From Verrucomicrobiota bacterium (GTDB lineage: Bacteria; Verrucomicrobiota; Verrucomicrobiia; Limisphaerales; AAA164-E04): DNA of 64,000 bases. Below, in pieces: positions 51,590-60,513 of the stretch (its first letter is position 1; each line of letters starts with the position of its first letter). The notes beneath the pieces were generated by a model. It saw only the letters and a program-made list of their open reading frames with translations. It had not been told where the DNA came from and searched no databases. The stretch is from positions 352,001 to 416,000 of the forward strand of contig CP170459.1 of the NCBI GenBank assembly GCA_047947115.1. Reading direction: 5' to 3'. The translations under genes and the position numbers were made by a program.

Positions 51590-53539
51590 TCATGACTGAC
51601 CCGAAAAAGACAAGGATTCTTCCAGCCAACGGTCAGCTCGAAGCACGGCCAAACGCTGTTTGTAGGCTCGCCTTTCTGAAATCCACTGCGCAAAATTAAC
51701 CATCCATGGGCGTGGCAACAAGCTACTGAGAGCTGTCATCGGGTATGATTTTTCGCTTCCCTTGAGTGCTCTGACGATGATTTCATCCTCCATGGAAGCA
51801 AACATGCGAGCTGTTCCGGGATCGCCTTGACGTCCGCAGCGTCCGAATAATTGACGATCCACACGACCTGTTTCGTGAGGTTCGGTTGCGATCACATGCA
51901 GTCCTCCAAGAGCGGAAACATCCGGATCCAGCTTGATATCCGTCCCTCTACCAGCCATGTTTGTAGCCACCGTTATCCGGCCTTTTTCCCCCGCTCGAGC
52001 CACAATCATGGCTTCCTCAGAGAGTCGGGTCGCATTCAAAATCTGATATCTCAACCCTGCTTCATCAAGCATTTCACCAATCTTTTCACTGACATGCACG
52101 TTGCGTGTTCCGATCAAAATAGGGCGTCCCTGATGGTGGACAGCTTTGATTTCCTCCATGACCGCATGCCATTTGGAAGCCTCATCAGTCGTAATGACTC
52201 GTTGATGTTGCCTACGTATACAAGGTTTGTTCGAAGGCAGACACACCACCGGCAATTGGTAAATGCGCCACAATTCACGGGCTGATTCCCTGGCCGTACC
52301 TGTCATTCCGGACAATTTGGTGAAACATCGAAAAAATCTCTGAAAACTCATGCGGGCAACTGTTTCGCTGGGATCTGAGGGTTTGAGCCCCTCTTTCACC
52401 TCTATGGCCTGATGCAATCCCTGTCGCCAACTGCGTTGGGGCATTGGACGGCCGGTAAACTCGTCCACAATCACAACTTTACCATCCTGAACAATATATT
52501 GCTTCCCTTTCAGGAAAAACACCCGCCCCACCAGGGCTTGCCGCAGCAATTCTTCACGTCGAGCCTCGCTTTTCCAGATGCCGGGCCAATCATGAGAGAG
52601 CGATTCGATTTTCTGGCGACCGGCTTCGGTGAAATAAATCTCTTTGTAGGTGGACTGAACCGTGTAGTGGTCTCTCTCCGACAATTGACGCACAAGCGCG
52701 TCCGCGTGATAAATCGCTTTTTTCAGGGATTCGTTCGGTCTTGGACTGGATATGATGAGCGGAGTAACGGCCTCATCGATCAAGATACTATCAGCCTCAT
52801 CGACCACAGCCGTATGAATTCCCCTCAACACACCTCGCTGATTCCCCTGCATGCAGGATTGCGTCATTTGCTTCAGGATTCGACGTGATCGGGTGGCTGA
52901 GTCGCGATTTTTCATTTGATCCCGTAGTAAATCCGCCAAAAGTTCCCGACTGGTCGTGTAGGTCACATCGCAGCGATGAGCATCACGACGTTCCTCTTCG
53001 GAAGCCCCTCCCACTACCTTTCCAACCCGAATACGACAAAACTCGTAAAACGGCTCCAACCAGCTGGCATCACGCGCAACCAGGTAGTCATTCACGGTCA
53101 TCACATGAAAAGGCTTGCGGGTCCACCCGATCAGTACGGCAGCCAAACCGGCAGTCAATGTTTTGCCTTCACCGGTTGCCATTTCCACAAGATGTCCGCG
53201 GTTCAGCGCAAGTGCGCCGGCCAACTGTACGACAAAAGCCTTTAATCCAACCGTCCGAAACGCAGCCTCTCGAACGGCTGCAAGAGCCTCTAATTCAGCA
53301 TCATGCTTTGGTCTGCGGAGAAAAACAGAGCGAAATTCAAGTAAAGCCGCCCTCAGTTCATGGTCATTCATCACCTCAAACCTCGGAGCAAGCGCATCAA
53401 CCGCCTCGGCATCTTGGAGCAATTGTCGCCCAATGGCCGAACGGCGCTGATATGCACCCATCCACCCATGCATGACCGAATCCAACCCCCGATACATGGG
53501 GCGTGGCTTTGGAACCTGATAAAACTGATCGGATGCCAT
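51590..53539 (-). CDS. SecA paralog (SecA DEAD ATPase, C-terminally shortened)
   Basis: EMATGEGKT, TVNDYL, VDEADSILIDEA, DEFTGR, GMTGTA, TNMAGRGTDI, QLFGRCGRQGDPG; 649 aa from ATG 53539. Confidence 0.93.
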   Translation of the reverse strand: MASDQFYQVPKPRPMYRGLDSVMHGWMGAYQRRSAIGRQLLQDAEAVDALAPRFEVMNDHELRAALLEFRSVFLRRPKHDAELEALAAVREAAFRTVGLKAFVVQLAGALALNRGHLVEMATGEGKTLTAGLAAVLIGWTRKPFHVMTVNDYLVARDASWLEPFYEFCRIRVGKVVGGASEEERRDAHRCDVTYTTSRELLADLLRDQMKNRDSATRSRRILKQMTQSCMQGNQRGVLRGIHTAVVDEADSILIDEAVTPLIISSPRPNESLKKAIYHADALVRQLSERDHYTVQSTYKEIYFTEAGRQKIESLSHDWPGIWKSEARREELLRQALVGRVFFLKGKQYIVQDGKVVIVDEFTGRPMPQRSWRQGLHQAIEVKEGLKPSDPSETVARMSFQRFFRCFTKLSGMTGTARESARELWRIYQLPVVCLPSNKPCIRRQHQRVITTDEASKWHAVMEEIKAVHHQGRPILIGTRNVHVSEKIGEMLDEAGLRYQILNATRLSEEAMIVARAGEKGRITVATNMAGRGTDIKLDPDVSALGGLHVIATEPHETGRVDRQLFGRCGRQGDPGTARMFASMEDEIIVRALKGSEKSYPMTALSSLLPRPWMVNFAQWISERRAYKQRLAVLRADRWLEESLSFSGQS

Positions 53540-53574
53540 GGTTGAGTGACCGAAATTCAACCGCAAGAAAACGG

Positions 53575-55731
53575 TTACAATTGATACCTTCGCTGGAGTA
53601 ATTGTCTCAATCTCCTGATCCAACACGGCAGGAGAGGCTCGGCTTTTAAGTCAAATCGAATCTTCCCGGATCGACCGTGCAGAAGATGAGCATCACCGGA
53701 ACTTCCCAGTTTGGAGCGCACTTCAAAGAACGGCTCTGCGGTGGTGGCCCCCTGCTCGTCTTCCTGGGTTACCGGAATATCCCCTCCTCCACTCCAGCCA
53801 AGAGCACGTGAAGGCAATTGACGTTTTTCAACCGGAATGATGTCCATCGAGGTCACTTCAATTCCCGCCTCCGCCATACCAAAAAGTCGCACCTCTGAAG
53901 AACCGATTTCGTTGGCAAACAAACGATCCACATCATCCTGCAGCACCGGCGAAATAAACTCAAATCCACCGGGGTGAATCACTCGTCCAAGCGAACTCCC
54001 CCGCACCAGCCAACGCCCGATGACCTGCTCGACTTCCGGAGCCACCCAAATCCCGTCAATGGGTGATTTCATGATCAAATCTTCCTGCCGTTGCTTGAGG
54101 ACCAGTATACGTTCTTCGATGGATTGACGTTGGAAGAGGAGAGGTTTCACATCCACACCGTCAAAACTCATGGCCTGCAACAACTGCATTTTAACTTCGG
54201 ACAAGCGGGCCTCGGCCCGACGCATTTCGAGGCTCAGTTCCGGATTTGAAAGCCTCAGCAGAGGGGTTCCGGCCGTGACCTGAGCTCCGGGTTCTACCAG
54301 CACTTCCATTAAGGTGCCTTCGGTTTGGGAAACCAACTCGGCCCAGTTTTCTGCCGCTACCACACCCGATGCCCGAAAGTGATGAGGCAAAGGCACCAGC
54401 TGAAGGAAAATCAGCAGCACCCCGACAAAACCAAGCGTCACTCCGACGGCTCTGGAACGCACACGGTCCAGTTCGGGGCTGGTGAAGAGATAATAGATCC
54501 ACTTACCCAGCGGTGCAACGATCCAGGAAAACAAACAAATCACAGCCATCACGACACCGATCAACAAAAACCGATCCGCTACAAACAGGAGGATTCCGGT
54601 GAAAACAATGATACGATAAATATGACTCAATATCCCAAAAGTAACCAAAATCGTCTTTTCGGACTTCTTGTCGGTAGGGCTTTTCGAAGTTGCCACACCA
54701 TATGCATGGCGTTTGACCACGTGTTTCAGCTGTCCTGCCGAATGCTGATGCAAATTGGGATAATTCAGCAAATCACAGAGAATGTAATAACCATCAAAAC
54801 GAAGCAACGGATTCAAATTGAACAACAATGTGGAGACCGAGGCGATAAACATCATGTTGTAGGCCAGGTTGTGCACCAGTCCGGCCCCGGTGTTGGCCCA
54901 GACAAAAGTCGCCAAAGCGGCCACAAACACTTCAACAATCATCCCCGCCAATCCAACCAAAGCCCTTTTCCACCGACTGCTGAATCCCCAGCTGGAAGTC
55001 GCATCCACGTAAGGTATGGGGGTGAAAATCATGAGCATGACACCCATCACATGGACTTCACCTCCGAACTTTCGACAAAAGAAGGCATGACCAAATTCAT
55101 GGAGCGTCTTCAAAATGACCAGGCCAGCATAAAGCCAAACAAGGTTGCCGGGAGCCAACAGGGCCTGAGATTCGTCCTTGAGCGCCGGAAAATAATCCAG
55201 CACAACTTTCAACGCTCCCCCTACCGTCAACAGCCAGATCAAAAACCCAAAGGGACTGATCAAAGGTCCGACGATGGGAAGCATCCGCTTCAAGAAGCGA
55301 TCCGGATCCAGCAGCGGAAATCGAATAAACATCAGGTTGAGAAACTTGGATCGGATCTCACGCTGCCGGCGCTGTTGGAAACGACGGAACAATTCCGCGC
55401 TGTCCTCCGGATTCTCATAGTGCAGCAAACCCACCTGGTACAACTGTGCCAGCAAGCGAATGACCGCATCCTGACTTGGAGCTTCATCCGGATTGGTTTC
55501 CAGAGACTCTTCCCACACCTGCTCCACCGTCTTGTCGGGACGCAAGCGGGCGATGAATTCGTAGGCCTGGGGGCGCAGCCGGAAGTACTGGTTGCTCACC
55601 GGATTCTCCAGCACATACCACCGCTCGCCCCGGTGATACTGACGACGCACCCTCACGCTCGAACGCAGATAAATGCGTTGATTCGCGACGCGATGCCAGG
55701 ATTCGCTGAATGTCTGCTGATTATCCGCCAT
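53575..55731 (-). CDS. M50-family site-2 metallopeptidase fused to an N-terminal PqqD/RRE-like domain and a C-terminal HlyD-like domain
   Basis: HEFGH, NLNPLLRFDGY, multiple TM helices; C-terminal EPGAQVTAGTPLLRL...SPIDG hairpin module. Confidence 0.88.
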   Translation of the reverse strand: MADNQQTFSESWHRVANQRIYLRSSVRVRRQYHRGERWYVLENPVSNQYFRLRPQAYEFIARLRPDKTVEQVWEESLETNPDEAPSQDAVIRLLAQLYQVGLLHYENPEDSAELFRRFQQRRQREIRSKFLNLMFIRFPLLDPDRFLKRMLPIVGPLISPFGFLIWLLTVGGALKVVLDYFPALKDESQALLAPGNLVWLYAGLVILKTLHEFGHAFFCRKFGGEVHVMGVMLMIFTPIPYVDATSSWGFSSRWKRALVGLAGMIVEVFVAALATFVWANTGAGLVHNLAYNMMFIASVSTLLFNLNPLLRFDGYYILCDLLNYPNLHQHSAGQLKHVVKRHAYGVATSKSPTDKKSEKTILVTFGILSHIYRIIVFTGILLFVADRFLLIGVVMAVICLFSWIVAPLGKWIYYLFTSPELDRVRSRAVGVTLGFVGVLLIFLQLVPLPHHFRASGVVAAENWAELVSQTEGTLMEVLVEPGAQVTAGTPLLRLSNPELSLEMRRAEARLSEVKMQLLQAMSFDGVDVKPLLFQRQSIEERILVLKQRQEDLIMKSPIDGIWVAPEVEQVIGRWLVRGSSLGRVIHPGGFEFISPVLQDDVDRLFANEIGSSEVRLFGMAEAGIEVTSMDIIPVEKRQLPSRALGWSGGGDIPVTQEDEQGATTAEPFFEVRSKLGSSGDAHLLHGRSGKIRFDLKAEPLLPCWIRRLRQLLQRRYQL

Positions 55732-55734
55732 GAT

Positions 55735-57627
55735 TTACCACCAGAAAAACATTCTCAGGAAATCCACCGTGCGATGGGTGAATATGTAGAACAAGCTACG
55801 CTTTCCTGCATTGAGTTTTGCCACTCCGCTCATACCTGGACGGAACCAGGATTCCGGGTTTTCAAGAAAGGCCGTACGGATCAGAAAAACATTCTCGCTG
55901 GTTTTGGTGACCGCCGAAGGCTCCACCCGGTCGATTGAAATCGGAAATTTCTTCTTGGGCTGACTGACAAATGCAATCTCTCCATCGACCGCCCCCAGCA
56001 CATCATCGATATCGCGTTCATTGGCTTCGGCTTCCACATAGAGACGATCAATGCGGGCAATGCGAAAGAGCACTTCGCCTTCCCGAACCGGAGCCCCAAG
56101 CCGCTCCTTCAAATCACCTTCCACCATGATACCGTCTATCGGCGACTTCAAGGTGGCCTGACTGATTCGCCACTGAACCAGTTCCAGCCTGGCCTGGTTC
56201 TGCTCCACGAGAGCTTCCGAAATCCGCATATCCGCCAGTTGGCGGGCGGCTCGGGCTTTTTCAGCCTCACGCTTGAAACGGTTCAAGTCGGCGATGATGG
56301 AGGACTGCTCCAACTCCAGATCATCCGTATCCAGTTTCAGAAGGGCATCCCCCTGATTCACCGGGTCTCCGGCTTCTTTGAAAACTTCCTCGATATAACT
56401 GTCAAAGGGAACGGATTGATAAAAAACCTCGTCGCTCTTCAGGATGAAATTAGCTTCCACACGGTATGGCACCCGAATCAAAATCATCGCCAGGAGACCG
56501 AGAAGAATCAAAATACCGATCAATTTGGAAAGGGTATGCTCCGGCCCGAAAAACTTGGCTCCGAAATCCCGAATTCCATCCTTCATCCGTGCGCCAAACC
56601 AACGGTCCTTGTATTTCAGATCCTGCAAACGATAGCTCAACAGGTCGCAAGGCAATTGAATCTGTTGGACCTCGGTTTCTGCAAATGTGCCAGCCATGCG
56701 CTCCAAAGTGATCACCCCGACCACATCATCCCCTTTGTGCAAGGGAATGGAACAAATGTGTTTGAGATCCTCGGATTTCTGGTACTGAGCATGATCTCTG
56801 GTCAACGGTCCTCCATCCTGTTCGGAGGGAAACACAATGATCTCATTCTGGTCCAGCGCTTCTTCCATGGCGGCTTCCAACAATTGGATGGCTTCCATCT
56901 TTCGATCGAAACGCTCTGTATGACTCATTGCCTGCAAGCGAATACCATCACCCTCCACCCAACCAAGGCTCACCCGTTCACATTGGTGTTTGCCAGCCAT
57001 GGCGTTGCAGAATGCAATCGCAGAAGAGAGAAAAGCCTGTTCGGGAGAAACCTGCGCGACCAGATCCAAAACGCTCGCAATCTTTTGAACGTCGTCCCGG
57101 GCACGGGATGCAGACTGGCGAAGAAGCAGTTGGTTGGGCAATTCGGCCACCAACAACTGTCGCAGCAGCGTATCCCTTGCCTTGGATTCATTGCTACCCT
57201 CTAAAAGACTCACCACCACAAAAGTGTCCCGACTCGCTTTGAGCGGAAGGGAAATGGCCAGAGTAAACTCGGTTGCTCCTGGGGCGTCCGCATCTGCGGA
57301 GAGTGGGCGACACACAACGCCCTCTTTTGTGCAATAATCTGCGGCGCCAGGAACTTGACCGCGGAAAAGGGCCTTGTGCTGATTGTTGGCGTCCGAAGCT
57401 TCCCACTGCGAAAGGCGCTTCCAATTCCCATCACCAGTGGTGGATTTGACCGCCACCATCACCACAGAAGCATGGGAAATGCGACCGATTAAACCCGCAT
57501 AACGCTTCCAAAACTCCACCAGATTGCCCTGCCAGTTGGCGAGAGCTTCCAGTTCCTTGGGTATGCGCTCGAAGAAATCCCCTTCGGGCATGGGTGCCCC
57601 GGAATTGACTTGATCCTCGTCTGCCAC
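55735..57627 (-). CDS. GAF-domain HlyD-family membrane fusion protein
   Basis: CERVSLG, MEEALDQ, SIPL...GVITLER (GAF-like); TM helix; GDPVNQGDALLKL, SPIDGIMVEGD, RPGMSG. Confidence 0.85.
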   Translation of the reverse strand: MADEDQVNSGAPMPEGDFFERIPKELEALANWQGNLVEFWKRYAGLIGRISHASVVMVAVKSTTGDGNWKRLSQWEASDANNQHKALFRGQVPGAADYCTKEGVVCRPLSADADAPGATEFTLAISLPLKASRDTFVVVSLLEGSNESKARDTLLRQLLVAELPNQLLLRQSASRARDDVQKIASVLDLVAQVSPEQAFLSSAIAFCNAMAGKHQCERVSLGWVEGDGIRLQAMSHTERFDRKMEAIQLLEAAMEEALDQNEIIVFPSEQDGGPLTRDHAQYQKSEDLKHICSIPLHKGDDVVGVITLERMAGTFAETEVQQIQLPCDLLSYRLQDLKYKDRWFGARMKDGIRDFGAKFFGPEHTLSKLIGILILLGLLAMILIRVPYRVEANFILKSDEVFYQSVPFDSYIEEVFKEAGDPVNQGDALLKLDTDDLELEQSSIIADLNRFKREAEKARAARQLADMRISEALVEQNQARLELVQWRISQATLKSPIDGIMVEGDLKERLGAPVREGEVLFRIARIDRLYVEAEANERDIDDVLGAVDGEIAFVSQPKKKFPISIDRVEPSAVTKTSENVFLIRTAFLENPESWFRPGMSGVAKLNAGKRSLFYIFTHRTVDFLRMFFWW

Positions 57628-57639
57628 AGAAAACCTTCC

Positions 57640-58404
57640 TTAATTGATTTGAACCAAGGCCATCACACCCGGTCTGATTTGTCGTTCCGGATTGTCGATG
57701 ACGACTTTGATACGTAACAACCCACTGGCTGCATCCACTACGGGGGAGATAAAAGTGATCTCACCCGTGACCACTTTATCGAGGTCCTTAAAGGCTCCCT
57801 TGATGGGGAGTTTCTGTCCCTTCTGCAAGTGACCGGCAACATCAAACGGCAAATTGCACACGAACAGAATGCGACTCGTATCCACCAGGCGAATCAAAGG
57901 ATTCCCAACCTTGGTACCTTCCCCGACTTCGTGCTCGAGAAAATCCGCAATCACACCGGAAAACGGGGCAATGACCTGTCTGTCCTTCAGCCTCGCCTGA
58001 GCCAGCTCAAAATCCGCTTTGGCAATCAGGTAATTACCCTCCGCCGTTTCCAACCGTTCAGCACTGACTGAACTGGTTTTTTCAGTGAGCTGTTTGAGAC
58101 GGGCCCATTCCTTCTCGGAAAGATTCATCGCAACCTTTCGACGCTCGACATCCAGGCGCTCAATTTCAGTGGAAAGCTCTACAATCACCTGACCTTTATC
58201 AACTGCATCGCCTTCGTCGAAATAACGGCCGCCAATGACGCCATCATTCGGTGCACCCAAGGTGGAATCCAGAACCGGGTGGGTAATTCCCTCAAACCAT
58301 CCATCCGTTTGAGCCTGTGTGTAAATGCAACTTGCAACCATCAACCAAGCGCCCAAAAGGATGCATGGATGCATGGTTTGCGTAAATGTCCTGCAGTTTT
58401 TCAT
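57640..58404 (-). CDS. Efflux/T1SS periplasmic adaptor (membrane fusion protein)
   Basis: EGDAVDKGQVI, coiled coil, APFSGVI, ISPVVDAASG, IRPGV; start uncertain (ORF open to 58470). Confidence 0.88.
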   Translation of the reverse strand: MKNCRTFTQTMHPCILLGAWLMVASCIYTQAQTDGWFEGITHPVLDSTLGAPNDGVIGGRYFDEGDAVDKGQVIVELSTEIERLDVERRKVAMNLSEKEWARLKQLTEKTSSVSAERLETAEGNYLIAKADFELAQARLKDRQVIAPFSGVIADFLEHEVGEGTKVGNPLIRLVDTSRILFVCNLPFDVAGHLQKGQKLPIKGAFKDLDKVVTGEITFISPVVDAASGLLRIKVVIDNPERQIRPGVMALVQIN

Positions 58405-58470
58405 GTCAAAAATACTCGAATACAATTGGAGCAATCCCATTTCACCTTGGATAAAGCATGCACCCGGCAA

Positions 58471-60168
58471 TCAAGGTTCCTTCGTGGTGGCGCCCAGACG
58501 ATAATAACGGCTCAGGTTCATGCGGTATTTCTGGAACGTGGCGGCATCGATGCCGCTGGCCTCCACCAGAGATCGTGTCTGCTCCGCCAACAATTCCCGA
58601 CTCAATTCCACATTACGCTCCTTAAGGACCGTTCCGGACAAAATCTGCAGCTGAAGCACTGCGCGACGGAACAGCACCTTGGCCATCAGGGATTGGATTT
58701 TAGCTTCCAACAGATCTTCTTCCGTTTCCAACACCTGCTGATTATCCACCGTCCCCACTTCCAAGCGTTCAAGCTGGGTCTTCAACAAATTGTCGTAAAA
58801 GCCGACCACTTTGTCATGGTTGCCCACACTGGAATGGGTGCTTTTCAAATTGTGCAGGGCAGCCTTGATGCCGTTGGACAATTCGGTTTCCATGGATTTC
58901 AACCCCAACTCGGCCTGCTGGACTTCCAACTTAACCGCTTTCAACTCATTCTTGACCCGGCCCCCGCCATCGAGCGGGACACGTAATTCCACACCAACCG
59001 ACCAGGTAACAAAATCACTATTGCTCACGTCGTCGAAGGAATTACCCGCCGAGTCACCCAGACCGTTGTAACCATAATCACCCGTGAGATTTAAATCAGG
59101 TAGACGTTGATTTTTCGCATACTTGAGCCTTACTCGTTGTTTGATGATTTCCCTCTGTTGAGCAAGCAGATCGGGATTCCATTTGTCGGCCTCATACCGG
59201 GCGGCAACAAATGAATAATTTTCAATGCCACTCAACGTGGGACTGTCCACAGAAACCACTCTCTGGTCACTGTTCTCCTGATCATTGGCACTCAGGCTAA
59301 GCAATCGGTTCATGTTTTCGATCACCGCCTGCTCAGCGTCCAACAACTGCGCCTGCCGTTGAGCCAGAGCCGATTCCACCTCCAACACATCGAGAGGTGA
59401 TGCTGATCCGACATTTTGTTTGACCTTGGTGTCATCCAACAAATTTTGAGTGACGGACACACTTTCCGAGAGAAACTGAACCCGCTGCTGTGCGTAATAT
59501 AGATCCCAATAAAGCGTTTCCGCCTGGGTGATCACACGCATGAGTTCGCGGCGATACCCCTGAAAGGCAATGTGCGAATCCTGAGCGGCTATCCGTAAAG
59601 GTGTCATCTCAGCACCCCACGCATTTTTCAGCAAGGGTTGGACCAGAGAAAGCCCGGTGAAGGTCACGAATTCAGCGCCAGGAGGTCGTGTCGTGCCAAA
59701 TATGGAAGAAGATCCTTGCAGATTGTTCTTCAAACGACTGACCGAATACCCCAGCCGCACACGTCCGCCGCCAGGAATAAGAGATTCGATGCCACTGGAA
59801 TACAGGTGGCTTTGCTGATCAAATTCCGCCAAACCGGACAACTGCCGTTCTTGCTGAACCGTATTGGGACGGTCCAAATCCTGATATTGTCCATTGAGAA
59901 CCAGCTCGGGATTGTAAAGCGTGCGTTCGGCATCCAGTCGGCGAAGGCCCACTTCGGTCTGCAAAACAGAAATCTGGATCCGATCGTTCTGATCCAACAC
60001 ACGTTGCAGGTAATCCTCCAAAGTGAGTTCCACAACCGGCTCCGAAGATTCAGCGGCATGCAAGCCAAGGGCAACCCCCATACAAGTCACAGCCAAAAAC
60101 CTAGCTACTCCACATATTTTCCGACCACCGACACGCTGCACGGTCTCCTCTTCCATAAAGGCTTTCAT
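58471..60168 (-). CDS. TolC-family outer membrane channel
   Basis: LTLEDYLQRVL, LVQPLLK, YWDLYYA, RLPDLNL, WSVGVELRVPL; two OEP-like repeats. Confidence 0.92.
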   Translation of the reverse strand: MKAFMEEETVQRVGGRKICGVARFLAVTCMGVALGLHAAESSEPVVELTLEDYLQRVLDQNDRIQISVLQTEVGLRRLDAERTLYNPELVLNGQYQDLDRPNTVQQERQLSGLAEFDQQSHLYSSGIESLIPGGGRVRLGYSVSRLKNNLQGSSSIFGTTRPPGAEFVTFTGLSLVQPLLKNAWGAEMTPLRIAAQDSHIAFQGYRRELMRVITQAETLYWDLYYAQQRVQFLSESVSVTQNLLDDTKVKQNVGSASPLDVLEVESALAQRQAQLLDAEQAVIENMNRLLSLSANDQENSDQRVVSVDSPTLSGIENYSFVAARYEADKWNPDLLAQQREIIKQRVRLKYAKNQRLPDLNLTGDYGYNGLGDSAGNSFDDVSNSDFVTWSVGVELRVPLDGGGRVKNELKAVKLEVQQAELGLKSMETELSNGIKAALHNLKSTHSSVGNHDKVVGFYDNLLKTQLERLEVGTVDNQQVLETEEDLLEAKIQSLMAKVLFRRAVLQLQILSGTVLKERNVELSRELLAEQTRSLVEASGIDAATFQKYRMNLSRYYRLGATTKEP

Positions 60169-60513
60169 AGATTGGTATTCAGTTAGTTAAGGGAATCAAT
60201 CGCGCTTCGGATGGCTCTCTCCCCCTGATTAATTACTCCTGACGCGCATGAACTCATATTACGAATTGCCCTCCTCCTCAAAGGTTAATCACTGAAGTCA
60301 AGAGGCGGACTTTAGTGATTTGCTTTAAAAAAACAAGCCATGATTCAAAAATGACAAAAACGCGTATTTCCACAAAAGGATGAGTAGCATGTAAAAAATC
60401 GATAGAAACCATCGATCAAATCAAGTAAACGGACAAATTCCAACCCCGAGCAGGTGTATCATTGCATCATCGTTCCAACAATCTATAATCATGCCGCAAG
60501 AGAGTTGTATTGA

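Noticed and set aside
54325..55938. 537-aa plus-strand ORF
   Set aside because: Antisense shadow of the M50 fusion gene; no motifs
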